DNA of 64,000 bases from Monocercomonoides exilis PA203 (lineage: Eukaryota; Protista; Preaxostyla), in assembly GCA_001643675.2 (NCBI GenBank), contig LSRY02000034.1:1-64000 (forward strand), written 5' to 3'. This document shows, piece by piece, positions 26,422 through 40,950 of the stretch; positions within the stretch are counted from its first letter, which is position 1; the number at the start of each line of letters is the position of its first letter. A model generated the notes under the pieces. It was not told the origin of the DNA, did not search any database, and saw nothing but the letters and a program-made list of their open reading frames with translations. The translations under genes and the position numbers were made by a program.

Positions 26422-28460
26422 AGGTGATAATGTCGATGATGATGAAGGAGATGAAGTGAAAGAGGTATTTCGATGCAGAGGGGAAGTGCGAAGAATATTC
26501 CGATTTCGATTGTGACTGTGATTGCGACTGCAAGAAGAAGGAGAAGAGAGCGAAGACTCATTCATTTCTGATGCTTTGGATGCTTGCGTGGGTGTGAAGC
26601 GGAGCGGAGAGTGAGGTGTATGTGGAGTATGTGGAGCCTGCGGAGTATGTGGTGTGAGAGAGGAAGAAGAGAGGCTGAGTGGGGAAGAGCCATGAGAATT
26701 AAATGGAGAATAGTTGGAAGAGTTAGAAATGATGGAAGAAGAAGGTGAAGAAGGGGAATGCAAGGAAGAAGAAGAAGAAGATGAAGATGATGATGATGAC
26801 GACGATGAAGGTGAAGACAAAGATGGACTGCAAACAGCACTTCCAGCTTCTCTTCTCTCTGAAGGAGAATTGTGATCAGAAGAGATCAAATTCATTGAAT
26901 GCATTGAAGACATGGAAGATGGCGTTAACAATATTGATGGAGTTGAAGGCGCTGAGCAAGCTGAATGTGCTGATGTTTCGTTACAATGAGAATTCTGCGA
27001 AGTGGCTGATGTAAAATATGCAGGTGGAGGTGGAGTAGCAAACATGCTGTTCACACTGGATATGCTTGCATTACTCGCATTGCTTGCAGATCGCGGCCGC
27101 GCCTCAAAAGGCAATCTCCTCATCATTTGGTTGTTACTTTCCTTTGGAGAAGTTTCAGCAGTTTGATTGGACAAATCAACAGATTGTGAAGATGGTGGCA
27201 TGTCTTCCATTGGTATGCTTCTTCCTTCTAGCTGAGTTTTAGCAGCTTTCTTTGCTTTTAGCCTCTTTCTTCTTTGAATGAACGGATTGCACAGACAGCC
27301 CAGAAGCAGCTGCGGAGCAAACAGGAAAAGGAGCAGATAGCAAAACCCGCCTATGGAAGATGCCATGATTCGCAGTACATCTCCGAACGGAAGCGGCGAC
27401 TGGTAATATCTCCTGTTGTATGAGATGATTGAGCATGAGATGGCAGGACGAGGAAGAGGGTCAGTACACACGGATAGCAGCACAATTGGTTGTGGCGTGG
27501 TTGATGGCTGAAATGTGGTTAATGGGAGAACAGTAGCCCCTGTTGATGGATGAGGCAGCACAGTTGCATTCAAATTGGGATCCAAGCCAACTTGATCAAT
27601 TATTGTCACAGAGAATGGCCCATTCGTCAGGTTAAAAGGTTCGTCCGCGAATATCTTGATGAACCCGTCCTGCGTGATGTCGATAACGCGATTATACCCT
27701 TTTGATTTTGGGTAGTCTGGCCATCCATTTTTGTCAAACGTTTCGCGAAAAGCAGGTGTTTCATTGCTTTCGTAATAATACTCAACCACAATTTTCGATG
27801 GAGAATCCATAGGAATATATCCGATCTCATTTTCTACAAAATGTTCTCCGCTTAACTTGTTATCTTTTGGTCTGATAATTCCAGATGCACAAAATTGTCC
27901 AGGAGCAATAACGTCGAATGTCCAATTTTCTGTTTTTCATAGAAAAAATAGGGTTCGAATGAATTTTATTTAAATCTTCAAAATATAGCAAACTATGTCC
28001 TAAAGTGATGTCAAGTGTTCTTGTTCTGTTCAATTTTCCAAATTGTTTTCCTTGAGATTCATGAGGAACTATCACAACTTTTTGTTCACCTCTTGTGTCT
28101 ATTTGTATAGTATTCGTGTTTATGTAATAAATAATCCATGAGTTTGCATAAAACGAGGAACTGTTAGAATATTCTTGATAATCAAGATGAGTTCCTCTCA
28201 AAAACATAACCGGAAGAATTATCCACAGAAAAAAGATTAGGTTTAAAAAACATGTTCGAAAAATGATAAAAGGCGTTGGTTTGTACCATTTCTTATATCC
28301 TTTACATTAGAAACAATTGTGTTAAAGAAAAGGAAAGCATTCGCAAAAATATTAAAAACTCAAGGTTCATACGAAAATAGTTAATACTGCAATTGCATAA
28401 AAAACTTGAAAAAATACAATAAATGTAAGGAGCGTAATAAGCACTATTAGCATACCACAT
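25678..28460 (-). CDS. Membrane protein with N-terminal TM segment(s), a luminal domain, an internal TM and a long Ser-rich disordered C-terminal tail (3 exons)
   Basis: Splicing MWYANSAYY...NYFR|YKKW...LIFFLWIILPVMFLRG...GHK|NWTFDV joins it to the 710-aa ORF 25678-27810. TM GGFCYLLLFLFAPQLLLGCL is followed by the basic stretch RRKRLK. Confidence 0.7.
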
Positions 28461-28636
28461 ATACAAAAATATCAACAGCAGATTATAAATACTTATTAGA
28501 TCTAACCTTATTAAAAAATATTTGTCAATTATTTTAAATAGAAGAATATGTTTGCACAAATGAATATTTGTTTGTTTTTCCAACGTATTTCTTTCGTTGA
28601 AAGAAAAGCACTTTGACCATAATAAAGTCATTTTTG

Positions 28637-31619
28637 ATGGAACTTCAAAAAGATATTGATAATTCTTCATCAAAAGAAGGAGACACAGAGAAATATCATG
28701 CAATTCTGTTGGATCGTAACTTTTACAAGGAAAAATACGAAGAGGCATCAGCAGAAGTTTCTAAATTATCTTCAATGATGATAAAACTCAGGGATGTTGC
28801 ACTTAGAATGGCTCAGTTGGATAAATTGAGAGGAACCTGCATATCAATAATGAAGGTTTGAAATTAAAACGCGCTTATTATGTTTTAATCAATTATTTGT
28901 TTTTATGATAATTTTTATGAAAATTTTTGCTTTTATTTTAAAGGAAGGAGTTTCAACTTTGACTTTTCGAAGTGCAAATCTTGAAAAAGAAAAGCAAGGA
29001 TATGATAAATATATAAAGGATGCGCAACAACAAGTTGAAAATCTTCAACAACAAATTTTAGAAGAAAAATTAAAAACGACAAATCTTCAAACAGAAATAA
29101 GGAAAATTGAATATGAAAAGGAAGAACAAATTACAGAAAAAACAAGAGAGTTCAAAATGACAGAAAATCAACTTCGGCAACAAATAGATTTGAAAGAAAG
29201 TCAATGGAAACTTGATAAAGAGTTGAATGACAGAGAAACTGAACGACTCACAACGGAAAACAAACAATTACAAGTGCAATGCGATCAATTGCAGTCTTCA
29301 ATCAAAAAATTGCAAGTGACAGCTGATGAAGAAAAACATGAAAATCAGAAGAATATTCTTGATCTTCAAAAAAAGATGACTCAGATTTCACAAGAAAGGG
29401 ACGATGCCATAGCAACCATTGAATACCAACAAAAAGAAAACTCATCTCAGATTTCTGATGTAAACAACAAATTATGCGCTCTCAAAGACGAGTTGAAAAC
29501 AGAAAAAGAGCAAAAAGAGAAACTTGAAACTGATCTGAAATCGCAAATTAATTTGCTGAGTGACAATTTGGCTGCTTCACAAAAGCAATTAGCAGAAACT
29601 AATTTCAAATTGAATGAAACTAAAAGAGAGAAAGAAGATCTTCAAGAAGGACTGCAGAGGGAAAAAGAAGCAAAAGAATGTCTTCTGATTGAAAAAGACA
29701 AACTGCTTGAGTCATTCAATTCTTTGCAAGTGGAAAAAGATGAAACTGTTTCAAAACTTCAAAAAATGACAGAGGAAAACAAATTGCTTTCAACAAGTTT
29801 AGAAGAAGCGACCAAACAGCATGCAGAACGGGAGAGCGATATGAGCAAAGAACTGGAAGCGCTGAAGCAGCAAACGTCTTCAGAGATTGCGAGCTTAAAA
29901 GAAAGCATCCAAAAAAATAACGAAGAGCTGGCTTCAAAGCAGAAAGAGGCAGAAGCGATGAAAAAACAGTGGGAGTCTGTTGGCTCTGAATGGGAGCAGA
30001 AGCGGCTGGCGCTTGAAAATGCGCTGGAGATTGCGAAGGAGGCGCTGGAAACCACAAAGACGGAGCTGCAAAGGCAGGTTGAGGCAGCGGAGACGACGAA
30101 TGCGATGAAAGAAAGCGAAGTGCAGCGGCTGAGCAAGAAATGCGAGGCGATGCAGATGGAGTGGGAGAGGAGCGAGGAGGAGCAGGCGAAGAAGATGGAG
30201 GAGCTGCAGAAGAAGATGGCAGAGGGCGACACGAAAGCTCAGAACAAAGTGACATCGTTGGAGCATGTGATTGAGAAGAAAGAAGGAGAAATCGAACAAT
30301 TGAAGGAAGAGTGGGCGATGAAGCAGAAGATGTGGATGGCGCAGTCGAGTGAGCAGGAGGAGGCGCTGAAGGCGATGAAGGAGGAGAAAAGCAAAGAGCA
30401 TCTGGACAGGATGGACGAGAGGGCGAAGATGCAGCGGGAGATTGAGGCGAAGACGGCAGAAAACACAGAGCTGCAGAGCCGGCTGGAGGAGGCTGCGAAG
30501 ATGAAGGAAGAGCAAGAGGAGGAGAACGAAAGGGGGAAAGAAGCGATGAAGGAGGAATTTTCTGTTGTGCGGAGGCAGCTGGAAGGAGAAGTGGACAAAG
30601 CGAAGGAGGAGCTGAAGAAGAAAGAGGCGGAGCTGGCGGAGGCGGTGAAGCAGATGAATGAGGACGGGCAGTGGCTGGTGGAGTTTAGAGAGGAGACGGA
30701 GAAAGTGGCAGCGGTGCAGAGAGAGAAGCTGCAGAATGCTGAAGAGCAGCTGAAGAGTCTGGCAGAGGAACTGCAGAAGATGAAGAAGAAAGCGGAAGAG
30801 GCGGAAGAAATGGCGAAGGAAGGACAAGAAAGAATTCGAGGATTGGAGAAGGAAAAAGAGGAGAAAGAGGCAGAATTGCAGGAGCAGATAAGACAGTTGA
30901 AGGAGGAAGACGAAAGAGAAATGAAAGAGAGAGAAGAAAAGATGGCAGAAGCGAAGCAAAGAGAGGCAGAGCTTATTGGAAGTCTGACAGCACTAAACGA
31001 GCAGCAGAATAAACAGGAGGAGGTTTGATTGTTGTTATTTTCTATTATGTAAATTATTCCTTTCTTTTTTTGGAAATAAATTATATAACCTTCTTTTATT
31101 CCTTTTCATCTTATTATTCAACTTTTCAAAACAACAAACAATTTTTCCCCCTTTTTTGATATTCCAACCTTTAATTAAATTCCATCTTCCCCACAGATTC
31201 TTCAATCCAAATCGGAAGAAGTCACTTTCCTGCAGAAGCGCATATCCGAGCTGGAGCAAGCAGCAGCCAGCGCGACACAGGCACAGCAGGAGCAGGCAGC
31301 AAATGCAGAGGCTGTCAAAGCGAATGCGCTGGCGACGATTGAGCAGCTGCAGAAGAAAGTTGGGGAAGAGCTGGCGGCATCAGCAGCAGAGCAGCAGAAG
31401 GAGAAAGAGGCTCTTCAGCAGCAAGCGGAAATGGCACAGCAGAGAGGGAAGGCGATTGAAGAGGAGATGAGGAAAGTGAAGAATGTGCTGAAGCATATTG
31501 CTGCGGTGCTGGATAGGAACGAGAAGGCTGGGGCGTTTGCGCAGAATGCAGACATGCACAAGCTGTGGCAGAAGATACACGAGGCGCAGAACTCGAAGAA
31601 GCCTCCGCCGGCGCAATGA
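28637..31619 (+). CDS. Long coiled-coil protein (3 exons)
   Basis: Exons ~28637-28855, 28944-31023 and 31197-31619 have GT-AG junctions and E/K/Q-rich heptad composition throughout. Confidence 0.8.
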
Positions 31620-32239
31620 AAGTTTAAATTAAAAATGAAAAAAAAAAAAGAAGAGAATGAAATAAAATTAAGTATTTAATGAAAGAAGGTAATTTTGAAT
31701 TTGATTGCAATGATGAAAGTTGCCTTTTTGAGACAGAAATAGAGGACTTCTTTTGCTTATATGTGTGTTTTTGCGTTTGACGTTGCTCGCTTTCACTTCA
31801 TTTGTCATGATTTGTATTAAGAACGATTATCATTTCATCCACATCATCATTTCACAACTTTCATTCATTTTATTTTTTTTTTCACTTCTTTATTCAAAAT
31901 TTTATATGTTTCTATTTTTGTATTTTTTATTTTCTTTTTATTTTGTCTTCTCGTCAAAATGAAATCTCAAACGAGTTATTTGAAAAAAAAAATTGACAGC
32001 ATCACATTTGTTGAAGCAGACATCTGTGCTTTAAAAGTGTGTTTGTGAAATGCAAAATTCAAAGCAAGCAGAATAATTTACTCGGCAAATCCTGAAATAT
32101 GAAGTGTTCCAGTTGCTCCCAATAAAAATTTGACAGAAATAAAGTTGCGTTTATTTTTTTCCGCATTTTAACTTTTAATTCTTTTTTGTTTCTTTTTCTT
32201 TTTTCCGATTTTTTTCCCTATTTTTTCCTCCATTTTTTT

Positions 32240-35200
32240 TCATTCAAATCCATAAAACTTCTTCAGCTTCCTTCTGTACTTCGCCTCAATCTTCTGTGTA
32301 TAGAACGCATTCCACACACCTTGCTCCTCCCCTTTCTTCTTAAACATCTGCAGCACATTCACAACCGACGCCCGCAAAGCAGCTGGCACCTCTTTCCCTT
32401 TCCACTGCGCATACATCCTCAGCACCGAGCTCAGCTCTGAGAAAAACACCATCGGACACCTCAGAATCGCCTGCGTAATTCCATCAAACGCCAACGCCTG
32501 GTCAGCTGCTGTGTCTGCTGTGAAGTGGGTGAGATACTGCAGCCACAGCCGAATGGGCGAAGGCGCTGGCTGCATCGGCACTGCAGCGCCACCAGCAGCA
32601 GTCGACGGCAACGTGGTGGCAGTGGACGACGGCTGTATCTTCGAGCGGTCGGTGCGCGGAGGAAGAGAGCACTGTGACACAATCAGCGCAGTCTCTTCGG
32701 GGGAAATGCGGGCGATGCGAGCGAGGCACTCCGCCACGTTTGTCAGGGCGACTGTTGTTGTGTCGCTCTGATGCGGAGTGAAAGGTACCATCACCACTTG
32801 TGGCACAGAAGACAGCCCAGACGGCTTCTGCGTGGCACGAACAAACGGGTGCTCGTCATCAACAGTGGTGATGCAGTCGTAGCGGAAGAAGAACAGCAGC
32901 TGCTGGATGAGCATGCGCCGGTCAAACGCGAGCGATTCGCCCAGTGCGGTGATGATCTCACTCACACACCACACCACATTCACCAGGGCGTTGTGCAGCG
33001 GCCGCATCTTCGGAGGAGCAGTGGACGGAGATGGAGAAGGGCTCTCCTTCGGCGCAGCCTGCGCAGCGAAGAAAGCGCAGATGACTTGCAGAACGGTGGG
33101 GAGTGCGTCTTGAATGAGCGCCACATTCACCCGCACAATGTCCCCGATGAGGCCGCACGTGGCTGCCAGCACCTGTCTGTGCTTGATCTGAAGACAGAAC
33201 ACGAGAACACTTCTGAGCAGCTCGCCGTTCACAGCTGAAAGTGCTGCTGCCCCGCCAATCGTCACAACAGTGTCGAAGCATTCCAACGGAAGCACCAGCG
33301 GATCAGCAATTGGATCGTCTTCGATTTGAGTAGGTGTGCGGAGTGTGGCTGCAGCGACGGGGGAGATGCCAAGGGCAGAGGATGCTGTGGAAGAGGAAGA
33401 AGCAGAAGCAGAAGAAGAAGAAGAAGATGGCCCCAGAGCCTGCTCCCTCTTTTGCTCGCTTTCTTTCATCCAGTTGACTATCTCGCCCATGTATTTGAAC
33501 AGCACCTCCACCACCTGCGGTGCAAACGGTGCAATGTTCGCATCTGCAATCTGCACAACGCTGTCGAGAAAGTCCACCAGATGCTGCGCAATCTTCTCCT
33601 GTCTCTTAGCGACTGCCACGTTCAGCCGGTCAACTGTTCCTTTTAGTGTCACAGAAAGCGACTCTTTGCTGGCTAAGATTTCGGGCGTGTAGACGAAGAT
33701 CTCGCGGATCGTGTTGATGAGGAAGATGATGTTGTATTTGGAGCACACAGACAGCGAGGCAAACGCACTGGGCAGGATGACGCCTGCATATTGCTGGATG
33801 TGCTCTTCGAGGCAGGACGTCAGCTGCCGCAGCGAAAAGCTCGCCACACGCTGCACTTTCTTGTTCTTGTCGCTCAAACGAGCTATCAGCGCTTTGATGG
33901 TTGTGTCTGTGAATGTCGCGTCGGGTGCAAACATCGCAACTTCTGCCTCGTTTTGCTCGGAACGCACACGCTGGTCCCACGTCTTCACCAGCACTTTGAT
34001 CCCTTTCTTTGCTGCAGATCCACCTTCTGCTTCATCATCTCCATCATCCTCATCTTCTTCATCATCATCTGCATCATACGGAAGCAGCCCCTTTGCCATC
34101 TTCTCCCTTTTCGCTCTCCTCTTCCTCTCTCTCTCCTTTGCTGCTTCATACAGCGCTTTTCCATGCGGCCCGCTGATCCACGGCGCGAGGCAGCCCAGTG
34201 CCCAGCAGCAGCGGAGGCGGAGGATGGGGCGGGTGGCGGTGGTGCTGAGGGTGATGATCCAGTTCACAATGTTCGGCAGCATCGACGCCAGAATGTCAGG
34301 GCGGTATTCACACACGATGGCTACAGAGACAATGGCGCTCTCCGCAAGCAGCCAGGGCTCTTCATTTGGTGCGAGGAGGGCGGAGAGAACGGTGGGATCG
34401 ACGGATGGGATGGAAGGAGATGTGGAGGAAGAGGAAGAGGAGGAGGAAGAGTTGGTAGATGAAATGGCCTATGCAAAAACGGAGAAAAAGAAAGAAAGAA
34501 AGAAAATTATAAAAATGATGAAAGAATAAGACAAAGTTCATACAAATAGCAGTCCGAGAATTTGGATAAATGGCTGAGAAAGCAAAGGCCCGTAAGTGAC
34601 AGCGAATGATTGGAGTGCGACAATGCAGCTTTTCCTGGCAGTCCACTGGCCTTTCTGCTGTCTGTTGAGAATGTCGTCTTCTTCATATCTGTCTGGATTG
34701 TCATCGTCCTCATCTTCATCTTCAAATATATCGTCATCATCATCATCATCATCGACAGCAGAAGATGAAGAAGACTTTCCGTATATTCCACTTCCCAGTC
34801 CTGTTTTTCCCGCTCCTTTCATCTGCTCTCTGCCCATCACGCTCGGGATGCTCGTCTCAGAGTCCTCCTGTTGGGCATCCTCTTCCAGTGCATCAGACTC
34901 CTCTGCCATGTCAAGCACGTTCAGCTTCAGGCGGTTCACCACCATCGCCACTATTTCTCCGAGCCTTGTTTTCACCGTATCTAATGCAGCCAGCGCGCTG
35001 TTGTCCACAAGCGTAGACCAGAAGTCGCATGCCGCCACTCGCACAGCGTCTGTGCTGTCGTTCATCATCTCCAGCACGTGCGTGATCAGCTCCCGCATCC
35101 CCAGCTGCAGTGTCTCCACAACCATCTTCGCCTCTCGGCTTTCCTCCGCTTTCTCCGGTTTCTCCGAAGACTTCGCAGCTTTCTCCGTTGCTGCCTGGAT

Positions 35201-36210
35201 GGCCACGGAAAAAATGTTCAGCACTGCTTCGCGCACAGTGGGTGATGGTGATGCGCGATGTGCAAACAGCACTTGGACAATTTTGCTGAAGTTTGAATAG
35301 AATGAAGAAGGCGCATAGGGAAAGATTATCTGGATGGTCATCAGGGCTTGCTCTTGAAGCACAACATCACTTGAATTGCTTGCATGCGTAAGCAGAACAG
35401 GTAGAAGAGGCCCAACAATACTAAAAATTCACAACGAAAATATAAACATAAGCAGTCATAAGTACTTTAATGTGCAATACCTTTCTCTTTGCTCTTTTGT
35501 TAGTTCTTTTAAAGAAGAGTTCAAAATGATTCCCAAAGATCGCAGACCACCTTCTACCGCAAGACGATTCTGAGAAGAAAGAACCTGAACAAGCATTTGG
35601 AATAGTTCCCAGCTGTTTTGAAGTGCTTTGTTCATTATATGAATAATTCAATACAAATACATATATTTATTAAAAAATAATTGCACACTGTCAACTTGAA
35701 TAAAAGTTCCAAAGAGGATTGAAGCCGCCTTTTGCATTTTAGGATTATCATTGCCAAGGTTATCAAAGCAAAGTTTTTTGCAGAATTGACGATATTCTGT
35801 CTTGAAAGAATAAGTCTCATCTACAATCAAATTCTTCAATTGAGTCATCGCAAACGTCTGGACATTTGGATTTGTGCAAGTTTTATCGAATAGAATCCAA
35901 CAAAGATACATTGGATAATCTGGAATTGATGTTTTACATTGAGAAAGAGTCTTTTGCATAAAAATAAATAAAATCATGTTTATGCGTATTTTCGTTTTTA
36001 TAAATAAATGTGAACCTCTAAAAGTTGAAGTTGAACGGCATTATCCCCAACAGTTGATGAAGCTGCTGCTCTTGAAATATTTGCTAAAATCTCAGCATTT
36101 GGTGTCCACTTCGAAGTACCCGAGCAAGAATTGAAAAATATAATTACAAAGCAAAAGGCAAAAATATTACTTATTGAAGTTTATCTGTAATTTATCTTGC
36201 AAACTGCCAT
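32240..36210 (-). CDS. TNPO1: Transportin-1 / karyopherin-beta2 (HEAT repeats; multi-exon)
   Basis: Spliced N-terminus MA|WTPNAEIL...PDYPMYLCWIL; VRVAACDFW; acidic H8 loop followed by WTARKSCIVALQSFAVTYG (cf. WNLRKCSAAALD); RLSDKNKKVQRVASFSL (cf. LDSNKRVQEAACSA). Confidence 0.85.
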
Positions 36211-36351
36211 TTTTGTTGGATTGAGATCTAGCCCACTTTTTTTTGTTTAAAATAGAATTTTGAGTTGAAAAACAAAACATTTGAATCAATGTTGCCAATG
36301 CTTGTTTGGATTTGGCAATTTATCCAATTTTATGAGATGAAAAATATTTTT

Positions 36352-37173
36352 TTAGTATTTTGCTTTTGCTTCTTGAGCAAGCCATTGAGAGTATTCTTGG
36401 TATGGAGTTTGTGGGAATGGAAGTTTCTTCCAGAGTGATGGTGTGAGATATCTGTATGTTTTGCACAAAGCAAAGAATGTAGCCTTAACGAAGTTGCCCA
36501 TTGTGTTAGTTTTTCCGTGTGAAGAAGTGAAAACATCTTCGACACCAGAAAGTGCAAGAAGCTTCTTTGACACTGGTGCAGCGACCAATCCTGTTCCTCT
36601 TGGAGCGGGAACAAGACGCACCTGGACTGAACCGCATTTTCCAGTAACTTTCATTGCGACTGTATGTGGCTGACCGATATTGTTACCCCAGTACCCAAGA
36701 CGAACTGGAATCATGGCCAATTTAGCTGCAGTCATGGCACCACGAATAGCACCTGCAACTTCCTTTGAAACTTTCACTCCAAGACCAACGTGTCCGTGTT
36801 GATCTCCAACCATCACAATAGCCTTGAAACGAGTTCTTTGACCGGCGTTGGTTTGTTTCTGGACGGCCTGGACTTTCATCACTTCCTCTTTCAGTGATTC
36901 TTTTGGAATGTATTGATCAATGATGTCAGCTTCTTTGATTGGAAGGGCATGAAGATAGATATCATGCAAATCGCGAATCTTTTTAGCTTTAACAAGACGG
37001 CCAAGCTTTGTGACTGGTACCCATGCTTGTTCCTCTGGCTTTCTTCCTCTTCCTGCTCCACCTCTTCCACGTCCACGTCCACGGCCTCTTCCTCTTCCAC
37101 CATCGCTTCTTCTTCCTTCACCACCTCTGCCAAATCCTCCACGGCGTTGATCGGACGATCTTTGTCTGTCCAT
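36352..37173 (-). CDS. RPS2: 40S ribosomal protein S2 (uS5)
   Basis: RG-rich N-terminus; [27 protein letters not shown] and [13 protein letters not shown] motifs; complete 273-aa ORF. Confidence 0.98.
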   Translation of the reverse strand: MDRQRSSDQRRGGFGRGGEGRRSDGGRGRGRGRGRGRGGAGRGRKPEEQAWVPVTKLGRLVKAKKIRDLHDIYLHALPIKEADIIDQYIPKESLKEEVMKVQAVQKQTNAGQRTRFKAIVMVGDQHGHVGLGVKVSKEVAGAIRGAMTAAKLAMIPVRLGYWGNNIGQPHTVAMKVTGKCGSVQVRLVPAPRGTGLVAAPVSKKLLALSGVEDVFTSSHGKTNTMGNFVKATFFALCKTYRYLTPSLWKKLPFPQTPYQEYSQWLAQEAKAKY

Positions 37174-37410
37174 ATGCTAGAAATAAAATGATTTCAAAAA
37201 TAATCATAACTTCTTGAAAAAGGCATTTAATTTAAAAGTAATCAAACAACAACTTATATGATCTATTGATCTTACTCGCATAAGTGTAATCTCTCATTGT
37301 TCAAATTAGGGTTATTTGTTTCAAAATGTTGATTTTGCATGTTTTCAAACATTTGATACGAAACACTGTAAACATGTTTATGATTTCAATTAATGATGTC
37401 CCTTTATAAA

Positions 37411-40261
37411 ATGGCGAAAGATCCTGCGAGTATTTTTGAAAATATATGTCTTAGCCAGTCTTACCCTCGACCTGAAAGATTGTATTTAAGATTTAAGCAA
37501 TGTTCAACAGATCCAGAAAAGATATGTTTGGATCTTAGTGAGATTTCATTTGACCAAAATGTTTGAAATTTCATGTTTTGAATTTTTATTGTTGCTATTA
37601 ATCGATAATATAAAAATCTTTCAATATTTACTTAAACAGATATTAAATACGGTGACTGAATTTTTAAGACAAGTGAAAGTTTCAAAATTGCATTTGAGAG
37701 AATGTGGAATAAATAATCATTATCTTCAACAAATTTGCGCATCATTGAAAGGAAATACACTTTTAAAACTTCTTAATTTAAAAGGAAATAGTATTACAGC
37801 AGCTTCTTTTCCATTTATGTCGGAACTAATTCAAACAGTCCCGAATTTGGAGGAGTTTGTAGAAAAATTTTTTAAATGATGTTAAATGTTTTTTTGTTCT
37901 TAGATTATCTCTTGAAAGCAATTCCATTCAACGTGGTGATATTTTTGGAATGATTCCACAAAATACAAAATTGCAGAGATTAAATTTAAAAATGACACAA
38001 CTCACTCAAGATGGATTTTCTGCACTTGCCTCATTCATTCGAAGTAATACTTCATTGATTTATCTAGGTATTTACATTTATGAAAGTTTAAAAATCATTG
38101 GATTTCATGTTGAAATTTTTTCTCTGCAAATGACAATTTAGATGTGAGTTTTAATAGAGGATCAGTGAATAGTGGCCTATATTTAATAGGTGCAATGAAA
38201 GAAAATAAAACACTAAGAGAAATTATTGTTGATGGAAATGATTTTTTACCTTATATTAGAGATGAACTTGGTTTGTCCAAGTGTATTTTTTTTTCCCTGA
38301 ATTTTTAATTTTTAAATTCTTGGTAAAGTTCTGTTTTGTCAGAGAAATGAACTTATGTTAAAGTGTGACGAACTTGAAGCAGAAAAAAATCAAATAGAAC
38401 AAAGGAAAGACAAGGAAAGAGCTGAGCTTCAATTAATTGTTTGTGATTGTGTTATATTTTTATCAGGAACTGTACAATGGATGCATTTATTAATTTTATC
38501 AACTGTTATTATTTTTGACTATCAATGATGGCGCTGTTGTAGTGTCAACGTCTACATGCAGAAAATGCGCGACTCCAAGCGCAATTAAGAGAAGAACAGC
38601 AGAATAAGGCTCTACTGGCTAGGAAAGTTGAGCAGTTGCTTGGAGATTCTGAAGCAAAGAGAAAGCATGCTGTGTGGATATTTTTATTTGCTTCTCTGTT
38701 TTTTTTCACTCATTCATATTCCATTTAATTATATAAATAATTTTCATGCGTTTTATAATACTTCTAAATCTTTTTTCTTTTCATTGATTGACAGATGGAA
38801 ATGAAAGAGTTAGCAGATAGCATCCCGTTGTTTTCACAAAAGCTGAATGAACAAGAGAGGTTACTTCAAGAAAAATCTAAGGTCAGCTTCATTTTCATTA
38901 AAAAGTCGAAATTTTATTTTTTATTTTATTTTATTTTATTTTTTTGAAACTTTCTTATTCCATTTTTGATATATTTCAACATGATGATGCATAACAACTC
39001 ACATCATTGCAAACCCTGTTTGAAGTCGGAAGCAGAGAAAATGAATGAAATCAGTCGTCTTCAAGCAGAACTCAACAAGCTGAAGAGAGAAGCACAGCAG
39101 CTGAAGAGCGTGCTGATTGAAAAAGAGAGGGAAAGGGAGAATGCAGCAAACGAGGCAGAGAAACTGGGACTACGCTCGGTGGAGCTGGAAAAGGCGTTGG
39201 ATGCACTCAGAAAGGAGAAAGATGATGAAGACAGAGAAAAAGAGCAGGAAACGAAGACGCTGGAGGCGGCTGTGCTGGCGCTTCAGCAGCAGCTTGTGAA
39301 GCAAAAAGAAGATCAGAGCTTGGCAATTGAGGCGCGGGAGAAGTTGGTGGAAGAGATAAGAGCAAGGGCAGAAGAGGTTTGCAATGAAAAATAAATAAAA
39401 ATAAAAATTGTTTTGAAATGAAATTATTGATTGAATTTCTTTCTTTGTTTCTTTCATATGTTTTTTATTTTTTTTTTAAAACTTTACGTTTTTTGAATAA
39501 TGTGCAATTCAATATATATTGTATTGTATTTTCATTTATACTAACTTTCATGATATTTTTTTTTGTTAATGTATGTAATGTGTTGTGCTCATTACCTAAT
39601 CTCAACTGCCTTGATGAATTTTCATCTTTGCTTTCAACAGGAGATAGACACTTATCAGCGCGAGATGGAAAGGATGAGAGACGAATTCCAGTCAAAAATG
39701 CTGGCGAGAGAAATTCAAATCAGAGAAGATGATGTGTGCAATTATTATTTTTTAAAAAAAAACGAGAAATTTTTATTCTTATTCTTATTCTTATTTTTTA
39801 CAATTTTTTTTTCATTTTTTTATTTTTTTTTTAAATTTTTGATTATACTTTGATAATGAACCATTGAACTTATTTATCTGGTTATTTCATTTATTGACAT
39901 TTCAATGGACTGAAACATGTGCAGGAAGCAAAGGCTTCAATTATTACAGCAAAACTTCAGAGAATCCAAGAGCAAAGAAAGGTTTGCCACTGTTTATCAA
40001 TACAAAGTCAAACAAAACTTGAAATGGTTCTTAATGGTTTTGTTTGTGTGTTCATGTTCAAATAGAGATTGGAAGGAGAGATTCAGGAATTGCAAAGGCA
40101 AAACTCTGCTTTGGACGATGAGCTGCAGCAGACAATCAGAAGGACTAAAGAAGAAGCAGAATCACACCTGCTAACGATTGATGGATTGAAGGTGTGCAAC
40201 TATGAGCTTTATTTCTATCAAAAACTTATCTTTTCAATTTTCTTTTTCTTTTTCTTCTTCT

Positions 40262-40293
<32 letters not shown>

Positions 40294-40950
40294 ATTTGAT
40301 AATATTTCAATTTCTTTATTATTTCATATAACTGTTTTATTCTATTTAATTTTCTAATGAAAATGTTACTGACAATGTTTTTCCAATAAAGGATGATGTT
40401 AAAAATCGAGATGCCAAAATTGAGCTGTTGGAAAAGGAAAGAGATAATCTGAAGCAAAACGCGCAGCAGGTTGTTATTTGGATTATATCATATTTTTTCT
40501 GTTTTAAAATAACTTATTATTATTATTATTATTATTATTTCATCTATCTTTTTTGATGATTGCAAACAATCCTTAAACAATGTGGTATTTGAATCCTGAA
40601 GTTGGAGATTCAGCTTAAGAAGTGCAGGAGTGAATTGAGGAAAACAAAAGAAGAGAAAGCAGCGGGGGATGTGATTGCTCAAAAGAGACAAGCAAATTGG
40701 GCAACAGAAAAGGACCACTTGAACCAGGAGATAAAGGAGCTTCAGGATGAATTAAAATATAAGAATGCTCAAGAAAAGCAAATGATGGTTGACTTCGAAC
40801 GCGATATTTACGATGTTTGCTTTTTTTCTTTTTTTTTTAATTTCTTTTTTTAATATTTTTCTGTTATTTGTATTGTGCTGATAATTTGTGTTTATTGAAC
40901 TGTAATATTACTAGGCTGTTGGAAAGATATTTAGAGAACAATCTCGCTAA
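37411..40950 (+). CDS. RNI-like leucine-rich-repeat protein with a C-terminal coiled coil (many introns)
   Basis: LRR units (KLHLRECGI, LKGNTLLKLLNLKGNSI, QNTKLQRLNLK, RSNTSLIYL) precede coiled-coil exons at 39027-39377, 40067-40191 and 40602-40814. The last exon 40915-40950 ends in TAA. Confidence 0.7.
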
